In this document: positions 1 through 8,523 of the stretch, in pieces
Position numbering within the stretch: position 1 is the stretch's first letter
How the letters are laid out: every line of letters starts with the position of its first letter
DNA from: a virus
Length of the DNA: 64,000 nucleotides
Virus record (IMG/VR): IMGVR_UViG_3300029305_002311
Direction: 5' to 3' (one strand)
The notes under the pieces: generated by a model
Databases searched by the model: none
Seen by the model: only the letters and a program-made list of their open reading frames with translations
What the model was told of the DNA's origin: nothing
Position numbers and translations under genes: made by a program

Positions 1-862
1 GAGGTATAGGTTGTCCAAACAATCCTTTACAGTTATGTATTCTTACTCTGTATTTGTTCTTTTCTTCTGGTGTAGAAAGTTTTCTGTCTTTTTCTATGTC
101 TACACTTTGTACAAAGTTAAAGTCTTGCATATATGATGCATTACATTTATATGAAGGATTTTGTTGAGCATCTATTGTAGCTTTAAACTTCTCATTACAT
201 TCATCTAATAATTTCATTAAAGTATCATTAGATTTTACATATTCTACAAAGTTTTCATAACATCTATATAAGTCTAATTCATATTCATTAGGTGTTCTTT
301 GTTCTTGAATTAAAGCCATTCTCACACCATTTTGAGCATTTGTTAATAAATCATCTACTCCCTTTGGAATGTGTAGACAGTTTACTATTTGATTTTCATA
401 GATTGTATTTATTGCTTTTCTAGTTTTAATTGTATTATTCTCTTGAAATAAATCATACATTGCTGGTAATATAAAAGCTAATGATAATACATTAGATAGA
501 GGTTGTATTCCTTTTTCTTTCATTTTAGCTTCTATTGTTTCGGTTAATTCTTTTGATATTTTATTTATGTTTAATAAGTTTCCTAAGTATGTATTAGGAT
601 TGTTTTCTCTAGTTATTTTTTCTCTCTTTGGTTCTATCTTATTTAATTTTACTGGTTCTACTTTACCGCCAGTTCTCTTACTCATTATTCTACTATAATT
701 ACCTGGGTCTGTAGTTTTCATTATATTTAATGGAACATAAGGTTTGTTTTCTCCATTCTTCTTATTTAAATAGTTCAATTGATTTATTCTTGTTGAACAT
801 TGTTTACATATTCCTTTTCTTGTAAACGAATCTACCTCCATATCACAATCTGGACATTTCAT
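1..862 (-). CDS. hypothetical protein with N-terminal zinc ribbon (3' end runs off the window)
   Basis: ATG at 862-860 with GGAGG 8 nt upstream. The frame stays open to position 1. Begins MKCPDCDMEVDSFTRKGICKQC (two CxxC pairs). Absent from the ORF track because it has no stop in the window. Confidence 0.6.
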   Translation of the reverse strand, partial: MKCPDCDMEVDSFTRKGICKQCSTRINQLNYLNKKNGENKPYVPLNIMKTTDPGNYSRIMSKRTGGKVEPVKLNKIEPKREKITRENNPNTYLGNLLNINKISKELTETIEAKMKEKGIQPLSNVLSLAFILPAMYDLFQENNTIKTRKAINTIYENQIVNCLHIPKGVDDLLTNAQNGVRMALIQEQRTPNEYELDLYRCYENFVEYVKSNDTLMKLLDECNEKFKATIDAQQNPSYKCNASYMQDFNFVQSVDIEKDRKLSTPEEKNKYRVRIHNCKGLFGQPIP

Positions 863-877
863 ATTAAATTCCTCCTA

Positions 878-1291
878 CTATATATTATTTCTACGAATGA
901 GTTCTTCTCTTAATAACTCTATGGCCTCTATACACTGAGCCTCATTAAACATTCCAACATGCGTTTTCTCCAATGGAATTTTTAATTTGTTAGATAACCA
1001 AGAGTAAACTTTCTTTCTCTCTTGAGCTTTCTTACTCTTTGGTGAATGTAGCCAAAGTTCATCTAAATATGTATGAACCTGCTTCCTCAGTGTTCTAAGC
1101 CCTGATTTTGCTGGAGTTCCTAAGGGTCTAGTAGTTCCTTTATGTACTCCAACATGTGCTTTGCAGTCTTTGCAAAGGTATATAAGTCCGTATGACTTAC
1201 TATAGATTTCTGACGAATCTACTAATTTTGTTTTCTTCTTGCAATATGGACAATAGACAGTTTCTCCTAATTGAGATAAGTCTACTTCCAT
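878..1291 (-). CDS. zinc-ribbon protein (resembles DUF3268-type phage Zn-finger proteins; family recalled from memory)
   Basis: 137-aa ORF. CPYC..CKDC pairs are followed by HVGVHKGTTRPLGTPA and LRKQVH..LDELW. Confidence 0.6.
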   Translation of the reverse strand: MEVDLSQLGETVYCPYCKKKTKLVDSSEIYSKSYGLIYLCKDCKAHVGVHKGTTRPLGTPAKSGLRTLRKQVHTYLDELWLHSPKSKKAQERKKVYSWLSNKLKIPLEKTHVGMFNEAQCIEAIELLREELIRRNNI

Positions 1292-1651
1292 CTATTCACT
1301 CTCACCTCCATTTACTTCTAAAAATACTTTAACAAGTAATCCTACTAAAATAGTTTGCTCAGAAATAGATACTTCATCGAGAGCTAATATTGCAATTATA
1401 CTCTGAGTTGTTTCTTCTAATGAAGAAGTTAACTTATAATTTGTTCCTTTTAAAATAGCCTCAGCTGTCATGTATACATCCATCACATTTCTATCAAAAC
1501 TTTTTATCATTCGTTCAAAATCTTCATTAATAATCTTAAAATCATCTTTAGAGACTTTATTCTTTTTAGTATGATTTATAAGTCTCTTAGCAGTTTTTAA
1601 AATAAACTTATGCTCTGCTTTAGCAACCTTTACTAAGTCTAGCTCTTTCAA
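1292..1651 (-). CDS. hypothetical early protein
   Basis: 119-aa ORF abutting its neighbours in the co-directional array. No motif recognised. Confidence 0.6.
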   Translation of the reverse strand: MKELDLVKVAKAEHKFILKTAKRLINHTKKNKVSKDDFKIINEDFERMIKSFDRNVMDVYMTAEAILKGTNYKLTSSLEETTQSIIAILALDEVSISEQTILVGLLVKVFLEVNGGESE

Positions 1652-1664
1652 AATAATCTACCTC

Positions 1665-1874
1665 CTAAGTATTATTATGTTGAATAAACTTTTCATACTT
1701 AGTTTTTGCTTTAGTAAGTTGCTTTCTTTTTTCATATAATAATGATTGTTGCTTTTTTCTTTCGAATGGGTTTCTATTAGTTAGAAGTGAATTTTCAATC
1801 ATCTCTACTTCTGACTCTAGAGTATTAATCTTTTCCCAATATTCAAAATCATTCTGAGGATTTCTCTTCGCCAT
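1665..1874 (-). CDS. hypothetical early protein (basic, coiled-coil-like)
   Basis: 69-aa ORF with AGGAGG upstream inside the end of the preceding gene. Confidence 0.55.
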   Translation of the reverse strand: MAKRNPQNDFEYWEKINTLESEVEMIENSLLTNRNPFERKKQQSLLYEKRKQLTKAKTKYEKFIQHNNT

Positions 1875-2133
1875 CTTGAGTTTCCACCTCCTTTTCTAAC
1901 TTAAGAACATCAGGTCTTATTGCAGTTGCTTTTACTTTAAATCCAAGTTTTTCTTCTACATATTCTACTAAATAATCTTTACATTCTTCTAAACACTTGT
2001 AAGATTTGAATTTTATTACACATTTATGTCTTCCATTCCAGTCCATATAGAACATTATCTGTCTTAAATCTTTTCCTGTAAGATTTTCTGGTGTTCTTCT
2101 TCCTATAAATTGTACATCAGGTGATATTACCAT
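1849..2133 (-). CDS. hypothetical early protein (start revised)
   Basis: The track ORF starts at 2172, but that ATG lies inside the -10 box of promoter P1. The internal ATG at 2133 (MVISPDV...) has GAGGAGGTGA upstream. Confidence 0.6.
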   Translation of the reverse strand: MVISPDVQFIGRRTPENLTGKDLRQIMFYMDWNGRHKCVIKFKSYKCLEECKDYLVEYVEEKLGFKVKATAIRPDVLKLEKEVETQDGEEKSSE

Positions 2134-2170
2134 ATTATTGTTTCTCACCTCCTCATAAATTATTATAGGC

Positions 2171-2199
2171 ATTATATCAAATAATGCCTAAAATGTAAA
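2171..2199 (-). promoter_or_regulatory. sigma-A type promoter P1 (TTTACA-17-TGaTATAAT)
   Basis: On the minus strand, TTTACA (2199-2194), a 17-nt spacer containing an extended TG, then TATAAT (2176-2171). Lies ~40 nt upstream of the revised start at 2133. Confidence 0.7.
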
Positions 2200-2226
2200 T
2201 ACTTTTAAAAACGTTTTTAGAAATAC

Positions 2227-2421
2227 TTAAGCTGGCTCTGTATAATTATAAACTACTAGAGCACTAAAGTAAGGGTTTTCTTCATCATCGATTGCAGTTG
2301 AATATTCTATGCTAACTATTGTGATAGTGTCATCATTAATAAATTTATTTAAGTCTTCTTCAAACTTATCTAAATCATAACCTGCAATTACTTTAGTTGC
2401 ATGTTTTATCTTAACTTCCAT
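2227..2421 (-). CDS. hypothetical early protein (acidic)
   Basis: 64-aa ORF. Its start overlaps the stop of the upstream gene. Confidence 0.55.
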   Translation of the reverse strand: MEVKIKHATKVIAGYDLDKFEEDLNKFINDDTITIVSIEYSTAIDDEENPYFSALVVYNYTEPA

Positions 2422-2669
2422 TATAATACCTCCTTAAGTTTGATATTAAATTGCTCTTCTAATTTACGAATAGCTTCTAATTTAGTTTTCTCTATATCAT
2501 CATAAATTACTCCTTGTTTAATTAAGTTATTCAATGAGTCTTCATTATGATTATAGTTACTAGAAACAGATTTATTTAGTTTGTATAATACATCAACTAT
2601 TTCTATTTGTTCTATTTCTCCAGTTTTCTTATTATTTCTAAATAAGATTTGCCCTTTTTTAAATTTCAT
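2421..2669 (-). CDS. hypothetical early protein
   Basis: 82-aa ORF with GGAGG upstream. Confidence 0.55.
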   Translation of the reverse strand: MKFKKGQILFRNNKKTGEIEQIEIVDVLYKLNKSVSSNYNHNEDSLNNLIKQGVIYDDIEKTKLEAIRKLEEQFNIKLKEVL

Positions 2670-2678
2670 GAGTACCTC

Positions 2679-3080
2679 CTACATTAATTTATCTAATTCT
2701 AAGTCTTCTCTTAATTTAGACTTATTCTTCTTCCAGATTATATCTTCTGTAATATTTAGTATGACTACTAAAGCTAAACAAGTTAAATTAACTGTTAAGA
2801 ATATTTTTGATAATAAGTTAGCTAAATCATCATCTACTCCGACAAGAGTAATTCCACATACAAATGATGCTATTAAAGCTATTACTTGAATTATTATTAG
2901 AGTAGTTGCTATAGCTGATTTCAATCCTATATGTAATTTAAATAGAACATCTGATGCATTCATTTCTATAATAGCTTTCTTGATTTCTTTGTTTAGAGCT
3001 TCTGATGATTGTAGAACTTCTTCATAGTGCTTTTCTAGTTTTTCATATTCTTCTTTGTTTATTTTTTCTTTTTCTGACAC
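2679..3080 (-). CDS. hypothetical membrane protein
   Basis: 133-aa ORF with two hydrophobic segments (LIIIQVIALIASFVCGITLVGV and IFLTVNLTCLALVVILNI) after a charged N-terminus. Confidence 0.6.
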   Translation of the reverse strand: MSEKEKINKEEYEKLEKHYEEVLQSSEALNKEIKKAIIEMNASDVLFKLHIGLKSAIATTLIIIQVIALIASFVCGITLVGVDDDLANLLSKIFLTVNLTCLALVVILNITEDIIWKKNKSKLREDLELDKLM

Positions 3081-3358
3081 TTATCTTTCACCTCCTTAAC
3101 TCTATAGTGAGGTATGTCAAACATCTTAGTTGAACTCCAAAAACTCTCACCGCACTGTGTGCATGTATATATGTAAGCCACGTTATCACTATCTTTTACA
3201 TAGTCTTGTGGTTTTACTCCTTTAATACTATCTGAAAAACTCCAAGAGTCCCAATCACATTGTTCTCCAGCATTATGTACCCAATCGTGCTCACACTCTG
3301 GATGTCCTACTGGGTCTAAGTGTTTCATTCTTTTAATCATTCTTAGCCATCTACTCAA
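3059..3358 (-). CDS. hypothetical Cys/His-rich protein
   Basis: 99-aa ORF. TTG start with AGGAGG 9 nt upstream. Contains HPECEH and CTQCGESF motifs. Confidence 0.5.
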   Translation of the reverse strand: MSRWLRMIKRMKHLDPVGHPECEHDWVHNAGEQCDWDSWSFSDSIKGVKPQDYVKDSDNVAYIYTCTQCGESFWSSTKMFDIPHYRVKEVKDKCQKKKK

Positions 3359-3512
3359 TAGTATTTACCTCCTTCATTTGTATTTCTAATTGTTTAGTCT
3401 TTTCTTGCTCTACTTGCAATTTATAGTCAGATATAACTAGTGCTATAACTATGATTGCTAATAATAACCAGATTAGCACTGTTTCATCTATTTCAAACTT
3501 ACCAAACTTCAT
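3351..3512 (-). CDS. small single-pass membrane protein (not in ORF track)
   Basis: 53-codon ORF, MKFGKFEIDETVLIWLLLAIIVIALVISDYK..., with AAGGAG 6 nt upstream of the ATG at 3512. Fills an otherwise empty 165-nt gap. Confidence 0.5.
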   Translation of the reverse strand: MKFGKFEIDETVLIWLLLAIIVIALVISDYKLQVEQEKTKQLEIQMKEVNTIE

Positions 3513-3523
3513 TTCATACTCCT

Positions 3524-3823
3524 TTACTGAATAGTTCCATTCATTTTAGCTTTTAATAAATCTCTTAAGTGCTGTTCTGGATTATTCTTATACATTTTAA
3601 TCTTATCTTCTATAGCTGCGATTTGTAATATGTATTCTTGTATCTTAGGGTCTTGTAGTATATACTTCTCAGCTGCATCTAAATCAAACTTAGATATTAC
3701 TCCTTTAGCTATTAGAACTTGTTCTAGAGTTCTAATTTGTATTTTTACATCTAATATTTCTTTTGCTTGATTTAATTTATTCTGAGCACTATCTAAATCA
3801 TAGTTATCATTGTTTGTTAGCAT
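3524..3823 (-). CDS. hypothetical early protein
   Basis: 99-aa ORF in the packed array. Confidence 0.6.
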   Translation of the reverse strand: MLTNNDNYDLDSAQNKLNQAKEILDVKIQIRTLEQVLIAKGVISKFDLDAAEKYILQDPKIQEYILQIAAIEDKIKMYKNNPEQHLRDLLKAKMNGTIQ

Positions 3824-4133
3824 CTAAATCCTCCTCTACTAGCTCTATCTTTAATCTAGATTTTACTTCATTAAATACAGTTTCTGTAATCTTACGGTCT
3901 AATAAGCTATCGAAGTTTAGAAGTAAATGATATAAAGTTTTGTTTTGGTCTTGTCTAATTTCTTTTCTAATCATATTCTCTATAATGTAAGTTAATCTAT
4001 TCTCATCATTAAATAGAGTATGTATTTCTTTTTGCACTGTGTTTTTAATTACTTCTTCTACATACTCTTTAGTTATACCTAAATCATTATGAATAAAGTT
4101 CTTCACGTCTCTATAAGATTGACTATTTTCCAT
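3807..4133 (-). CDS. hypothetical early protein
   Basis: 108-aa ORF. AAGGAGG RBS is embedded in intergenic box copy A. Confidence 0.6.
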   Translation of the reverse strand: MENSQSYRDVKNFIHNDLGITKEYVEEVIKNTVQKEIHTLFNDENRLTYIIENMIRKEIRQDQNKTLYHLLLNFDSLLDRKITETVFNEVKSRLKIELVEEDLDANKQ

Positions 4134-4142
4134 ATTTCCTCC

Positions 4143-4209
4143 TTAGCGCTAAGCTATATAATTTATTGTCTTCTACTAGAAAATGTATTCTGAGTCATTC
4201 TGATGTTTA
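4143..4209 (-). promoter_or_regulatory. conserved intergenic box + TATATA + AGCGCT element, copy A
   Basis: Minus strand reads AAACATCAGAATGACTCAGAATACATTTTCTAG-N15-TATATAGCTTAGCGCTAAGGAGG. It fills the whole gap between the stop at 4207 and the start at 4133. Confidence 0.6.
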
Positions 4210-4404
4210 CAATGTGGCCATAAATTCACTTTCTGTAAGCTTTGTTCCATATGCCATAACCTTAGCTATATCAGCTTCTTCTGACTCTCCATCTCCTACT
4301 CCTATATAATAATGTATTTCATCAGTAAGTACGTCACGAGCTTTGATTATTCCAGCACATTTTTTACTCATTGTTGTGTACCAGTTTGCTTTTATAACCT
4401 CCAT
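4207..4404 (-). CDS. hypothetical early protein
   Basis: 65-aa ORF. Confidence 0.55.
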   Translation of the reverse strand: MEVIKANWYTTMSKKCAGIIKARDVLTDEIHYYIGVGDGESEEADIAKVMAYGTKLTESEFMATL

Positions 4405-4892
4405 GCTTCTTGTTCACCTCCTATCTTATTGTAATTTTCACTAGAGTCTATTTCCTCTACAATTTCTTTATTTAATATAACTATACTATCACAGTCCCAA
4501 CAAAACATTTGATTATAAAGTTCAGCATCTTCTGATATAAGTACTTCTACTGCATCATACTCTTTTCTTAATTCTTCAAAGTCTAAATAAGTATGAAAAC
4601 TTAGATGCATATATGGGTCGTGCGGTAGTTTAGGTAAATCTTTAAGCATCTTTGTTCTGTTTATAGTTAATATGTTTGCATCTTCTTTTATTATAAACTT
4701 AAACCACTTGTCTGGTCTAAAGTAAGGGTATTCTTCTACTTCACACCACCATTTCCAAGACTTAGGAGCGTCTATTCTAGAAGCCCACAATCCTCCACGA
4801 GGTTTACAATTTCGTGGGTCATTGTATATATCTACAAATATGTTCTTATTATAATGTCTGTGTCCATAGTGTATAAATGTATTAGTCATCAT
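4392..4892 (-). CDS. hypothetical protein
   Basis: 166-aa ORF with AAGGAGG RBS. Trp/Tyr-rich. No motif recognised. Confidence 0.65.
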   Translation of the reverse strand: MMTNTFIHYGHRHYNKNIFVDIYNDPRNCKPRGGLWASRIDAPKSWKWWCEVEEYPYFRPDKWFKFIIKEDANILTINRTKMLKDLPKLPHDPYMHLSFHTYLDFEELRKEYDAVEVLISEDAELYNQMFCWDCDSIVILNKEIVEEIDSSENYNKIGGEQEAWRL

Positions 4893-4912
4893 TTCCTCCT
4901 TAAATTAAAGAA

Positions 4913-5150
4913 GTGGGTAAGCTATTAATCTAACGCCTACCCACAGATTAGAGGTGGTTAATCTACACCTCCTCCACTATCTTAGTTATGATTTCCTAAG
5001 ATAGACCCCATAGACCATTTTCTAAGGGCGCCGCTGAAAACCTTCTTTCCAGCTAGGAGTATAGGAGCTACCTATACACGAGTACTCGTACTGAAGGGTG
5101 AAGAAAAACAAATATAGTGAGATTGATACGAGCTTTGCTACCCTAACTCC
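4913..5150. ncRNA. candidate structured RNA or DNA element (unclassified)
   Basis: ~240-nt non-coding stretch, clearly richer in G+C than its flanks, inside the 275-nt gap 4893-5167. At least five local inverted repeats: GTGGGTA/TACCCAC (4913-4944), GAGGTG/CACCTC (4951-4971), CTATCTTAG/CTAAGATAG (4977-5004), GTATAGG/CCTATAC (5059-5077) and the palindrome ACGAGTACTCGT (5078-5089). CCTTC (5041-5045) and GAAGG (5093-5097) could enclose the last two. Strand undetermined. Confidence 0.35.
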
Positions 5151-5167
5151 AATATTAAATTATTATG

Positions 5168-5554
5168 CTATATTTTAAATGTTAACTCTTCTTTAGATGG
5201 ATAATTCTTTCCACCTCTTCTAAGTCCTCTATCTAGTTCTCTAAATACATACTCTTGATGCATCTGTATTGTCTTTTCTGGTAGTTTCAGCTTATATTCT
5301 TTAAACTTATCTATTGCCCACTGAGTTGCTGCAAATTCTGACTCACATCTTCTCATTTTAGTCTTGTAAGTTTCTAAATGTCCTATTTCATGAAATAGAA
5401 TAAATGTAGTTGCTACACTATTAGCTGCATTCCACTTACACACTCTTCTAGTTCCATCACAGTGTGCATGAGTTCTAGACCAGCATTTACTATTGTAAAC
5501 TATCTTTACGTTGTACTTTTCAATTACTTCTTTTTGAATGTCTAGATATTTCAT
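5168..5554 (-). CDS. putative zinc metallopeptidase (HExxH)
   Basis: 128-aa ORF with FILFHEIGHLE (HExxH) and conserved Cys/His upstream. The family (SprT/ImmA-like?) is not resolvable by eye. Confidence 0.55.
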   Translation of the reverse strand: MKYLDIQKEVIEKYNVKIVYNSKCWSRTHAHCDGTRRVCKWNAANSVATTFILFHEIGHLETYKTKMRRCESEFAATQWAIDKFKEYKLKLPEKTIQMHQEYVFRELDRGLRRGGKNYPSKEELTFKI

Positions 5555-5760
5555 TCTATCACCTTCTTAAAATAATCTACGTACTCACCGTCTTTCATTA
5601 TAATAATTACTTTATATTTAGTATTATCTTCTACATACTCATATAGAAATACTGAGTCAGTTTCATCTACTTGTTCTATGCCTGCGTCATATGAGTCCCA
5701 CCTATTTATTCTAGTTCCGTATTTTCTTACATCATCTAAAAATTCTTTCATTTTCATCAC
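5551..5760 (-). CDS. hypothetical early protein
   Basis: 69-aa ORF with a 4-nt overlap onto the downstream gene. Confidence 0.55.
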   Translation of the reverse strand: MMKMKEFLDDVRKYGTRINRWDSYDAGIEQVDETDSVFLYEYVEDNTKYKVIIIMKDGEYVDYFKKVIE

Positions 5761-5765
5761 TTCCT

Positions 5766-5975
5766 TTAGTATGTTTCAAATCCTATTATTTCATTCTTTT
5801 CTATATTGATAAATACTTTTAGAGTTTCATCTTCTACTCCAATGTAATAAACTTCTATTCTGTCTGCTTTTAAGTGAGTTTCTTCTCCTACTCTCTTATC
5901 ATAGATTGCTATGAGCTTTCCTACTTTCTTAACATGCTCTAACCATTCTAAATCTTTCTTACTTAATTCTTCCAT
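5766..5975 (-). CDS. hypothetical early protein (start revised)
   Basis: The track start at 6044 overlaps the upstream gene by 58 nt. The ATG at 5975 (MEELSKK...) has AAGGAG 7 nt upstream. Confidence 0.55.
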   Translation of the reverse strand: MEELSKKDLEWLEHVKKVGKLIAIYDKRVGEETHLKADRIEVYYIGVEDETLKVFINIEKNEIIGFETY

Positions 5976-5986
5976 ATTCATTCTCC

Positions 5987-6466
5987 TTAGCTTAAGCTTT
6001 TTAATATTTGTTCTATTATTTCTATCTTTCCTCTTAGCTTGCATTGCTCTATAAGAGGTAAGTCTAAATTCATCTGGTCTTTCAACATCTGTAATAATTC
6101 TTTTAGATAGTTTGTAGATACTCCAGTGTATACTATTTCTCTTTTAGAATTAGATTTTCTTGAGTCTTTTGCTTTTTGTATAGTATTAGCATCTTCTTCT
6201 GATAGTTCTACTACTTCAAACTTCATATGAGATAAATGTAAATTCATTTCTTGAACTTCTAATAGTTTAGTGATTTTATTTTCTGCTGCTTGTTTAGTTT
6301 TGAATGTTTGTATGTTATACCCAAACTCAGGGTCTCTGATAGTATTAGCTCCTATGAATTTTCCAGAGTCTCCTCTAGTTGCACTGTATAATCCAGTATA
6401 ATAACCTATAAAGCTAACTTCTCTACTCCATTCATTAACTTTATCAAATATTTTAATAGCATACAT
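5987..6466 (-). CDS. hypothetical early protein
   Basis: ATG at 6466 (MYAIK...) lies 5 nt after AGAGGTGA. The track uses a GTG at 6475. Confidence 0.6.
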   Translation of the reverse strand: MYAIKIFDKVNEWSREVSFIGYYTGLYSATRGDSGKFIGANTIRDPEFGYNIQTFKTKQAAENKITKLLEVQEMNLHLSHMKFEVVELSEEDANTIQKAKDSRKSNSKREIVYTGVSTNYLKELLQMLKDQMNLDLPLIEQCKLRGKIEIIEQILKSLS

Positions 6467-6477
6467 TCTAATCACCT

Positions 6478-6627
6478 CTAATCTATTTTATATTGTTCTA
6501 AGAAATCCTCCATCGCTTCTATTTGACCACATTCACTGCAGATTTCTGTTTTGTTATCTCTTCTTGAAAGTGCTGGGTAGCCAACTATTTCTTCTCCACA
6601 TTTAGGACAAACTTTCTTATTTTTCAT
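6478..6627 (-). CDS. small zinc-ribbon protein (not in ORF track)
   Basis: 49-aa ORF, MKNKKVCPKCGEEIVGYPALSRRDNKTEICSECGQIEAMEDFLEQYKID, with AAGGAG 8 nt upstream. Two CxxC pairs. Confidence 0.55.
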   Translation of the reverse strand: MKNKKVCPKCGEEIVGYPALSRRDNKTEICSECGQIEAMEDFLEQYKID

Positions 6628-6880
6628 AAGTCTCACTCCTTATTATATAGTATTGTCTGTTTTCATCTTCTGCTATATCATAGTCGTTAATTCTAATCCA
6701 TCCATTTGATTGATAAGTAGATACTCTAATTCCGCTTTTAGGTTCTATTGCTACTATTATATCATTGCCTTCTCCGTCTTTTCCATTATAAATAGTTGCT
6801 TCCTCTACTTTATCTAATATATCTAAGATTGAATTATCATCTTCTAAATCTATTTGTTTTATTAAATCTATATCATTCAT
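6617..6880 (-). CDS. hypothetical early protein (acidic)
   Basis: 87-aa ORF. Confidence 0.55.
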   Translation of the reverse strand: MNDIDLIKQIDLEDDNSILDILDKVEEATIYNGKDGEGNDIIVAIEPKSGIRVSTYQSNGWIRINDYDIAEDENRQYYIIRSETYEK

Positions 6881-6884
6881 TTTA

Positions 6885-7196
6885 TTATTCTCCTTTTAAT
6901 ATTCTATCATATACAATTTCTCTAGCTTTTTGATTTACTTTTATGTCTAATAAGTCTAACATTGCGTGTAATACTTCTTCTCTTTCAAATTCTTTCCAAT
7001 CGAAGTATTCTCCTCCAATTAAACTTCCGTCTTCATCTTTAGTTAATTCATATTCTCTGTTTAGTGTGATAAAGAAGTTGTCTGTTCCAGTTTTGTCTAC
7101 ACTTCTTACTTCATCCACTTTGTCTTGAATGTAATTTAGTCTTTCTCCATTTTCTTTAAACTTTTCTTTTAATTTTGTTATGATTTGTTCTCTCAT
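6885..7196 (-). CDS. hypothetical early protein
   Basis: 103-aa ORF. First gene downstream of promoter P2. GAGGAGG RBS. Confidence 0.6.
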   Translation of the reverse strand: MREQIITKLKEKFKENGERLNYIQDKVDEVRSVDKTGTDNFFITLNREYELTKDEDGSLIGGEYFDWKEFEREEVLHAMLDLLDIKVNQKAREIVYDRILKGE

Positions 7197-7232
7197 ATCA
7201 ATATAACCTCCTCTATATTTGTTTATATATCT

Positions 7233-7261
7233 ATTATATCATAGTTTGCTATAAATGTAAA
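7233..7261 (-). promoter_or_regulatory. sigma-A type promoter P2 (TTTACA-17-TGaTATAAT)
   Basis: On the minus strand, TTTACA (7261-7256), a 17-nt spacer ending TGA, then TATAAT (7238-7233). Nearly identical to P1 and P3. Confidence 0.7.
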
Positions 7262-7290
7262 TAGTTTTGACTAAAATACTTTAAAAACTT

Positions 7291-8289
7291 TTATAACGTT
7301 CTATAAACTTCTTTAAGTTTTTCTCTGCTAAGTATATCTTTATGTATAAATATAGGAAGTAGTTTTACTATCTCATCGTGAGTAAATCTTCTAGTTCTTT
7401 TATTATCAAAGAATGAGTACATTACATTAACTGATACTCCTAAAGCTTCGGCTACTTTGTAAATTACTTTCTTTCTTCCAGAGCGTCTCTCATCAGTTAG
7501 ATATTTCTTAAGTCTAGCTTTAAGTCTACTATTTAAATCTAAATAGTCTTCATAACAGTAGATATCATCAAATAGATATTCATCAGGAAATACTTTTGAT
7601 AGAGGCACTTCAAATACTTCTGCAATAGCACACTTAGTTCTCATCTTAGGAACTCTTTTACTATTAGCTATATCTGATAGTGTAGCCGCTTGAACTACTC
7701 CTTTAGTAAGTTTCTCTATCTCACTAGAAGATAGTTTGTGCTTTAACTTTAATTTAGATATGTTATTTTTGTGTTGTTCATTTAAACTCTTCTCTAATTT
7801 AGATACTCTCATTTTCTGTTTATAGTTTTGATTAAATACATTAGTTAGCTTTTCTCTAATTCTAGAGTCCACTTCTTTCTCATAAAGCATGACTCTTCTT
7901 AAGAACTCATCTCTTCCTATTTGATAGTGTTTGTAGACGTCTTGTCTAGTAAACTTAGACCTAAGTACTTCTTTTATCATCTGCTTCTCTCCTAAAGTTA
8001 GAGTATTTTTACGAAGTCCTCTAAGAGTAGCTGGATTAGTGATATGATTTCTTAAGTCTATTACTGGAAGTTCTTCTATCATCTTCCCTCTTAGCTCTTT
8101 GTTTTTAAGATTTCTTTCTTGCTTGCAAGTTTTACAGACTAGCTGTATTCTGTAAGGGTCTTCATAATTATGTCTGATTTCAGCAGGAGCTCCACAAAAC
8201 TGACATTTTCTCTCTACATTAGTACTTCTGTCTAAGAATTTATTGATATACATCATTTGCTGGTTAAAATCTTTAAATTCTTGCTTCAT
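7291..8289 (-). CDS. putative DNA-binding/regulatory protein (Zn ribbon plus HTH-like segments)
   Basis: 332-aa basic ORF. N-terminal CQFCG...CKTCK. C-terminal segments such as KCAIAEVFEVPLSKVF and VAEALGVSVNVMYSFF look helix-turn-helix-like. The functional call is an inference. Confidence 0.35.
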   Translation of the reverse strand: MKQEFKDFNQQMMYINKFLDRSTNVERKCQFCGAPAEIRHNYEDPYRIQLVCKTCKQERNLKNKELRGKMIEELPVIDLRNHITNPATLRGLRKNTLTLGEKQMIKEVLRSKFTRQDVYKHYQIGRDEFLRRVMLYEKEVDSRIREKLTNVFNQNYKQKMRVSKLEKSLNEQHKNNISKLKLKHKLSSSEIEKLTKGVVQAATLSDIANSKRVPKMRTKCAIAEVFEVPLSKVFPDEYLFDDIYCYEDYLDLNSRLKARLKKYLTDERRSGRKKVIYKVAEALGVSVNVMYSFFDNKRTRRFTHDEIVKLLPIFIHKDILSREKLKEVYRTL

Positions 8290-8317
8290 CTTTATCAGAC
8301 TTCCTTTCCTTTTAATT

Positions 8318-8384
8318 TAGCGCTGCGCTATATAACTTTATTAGTTCAGTCTGAAAATGCATTCTGGGTCATTCTGATGTTTAG
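8318..8384 (-). promoter_or_regulatory. conserved intergenic box + TATATA + AGCGCT element, copy B
   Basis: Minus strand reads AAACATCAGAATGACCCAGAATGCATTTTCAG-N16-TATATAGCGCAGCGCTAA. Lies between promoter P3 and the start at 8289. Confidence 0.6.
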
Positions 8385-8446
8385 TTTTTTGACTGCGCTG
8401 ACTATTTTCTATTAGCTACAGCTTCTCGAGACATTTTATAATATCT

Positions 8447-8475
8447 ATTATATCATAGTATGCTTTGAATGTAAA
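8447..8475 (-). promoter_or_regulatory. sigma-A type promoter P3 (TTTACA-17-TGaTATAAT)
   Basis: On the minus strand, TTTACA (8475-8470), a 17-nt spacer ending TGA, then TATAAT (8452-8447). Confidence 0.7.
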
Positions 8476-8491
8476 TAGGCTTGAAACGAGA

Positions 8492-8518
8492 GAAAAGAGA
8501 GCTTATCGCTCTCTTTTC
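8492..8518 (-). terminator. hairpin terminator after the HNH gene
   Basis: GAAAAGAGAGC / GCTCTCTTTTC 11-bp stem with a 5-nt loop, directly after the stop at 8524. T/C-rich tail. Confidence 0.5.
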
Positions 8519-8523
8519 CTTGA

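Noticed and set aside
4893-5167. Group I intron or known riboswitch interpretation of the G+C-rich element
   Set aside because: The upstream ORF ends with its own TAG and the downstream ORF has its own AAGGAGG-ATG, so no exon continuity is evident. I could not recognise the conserved cores of cobalamin, lysine, T-box, glmS, c-di-GMP or group I P7 elements by eye. Left as unclassified.
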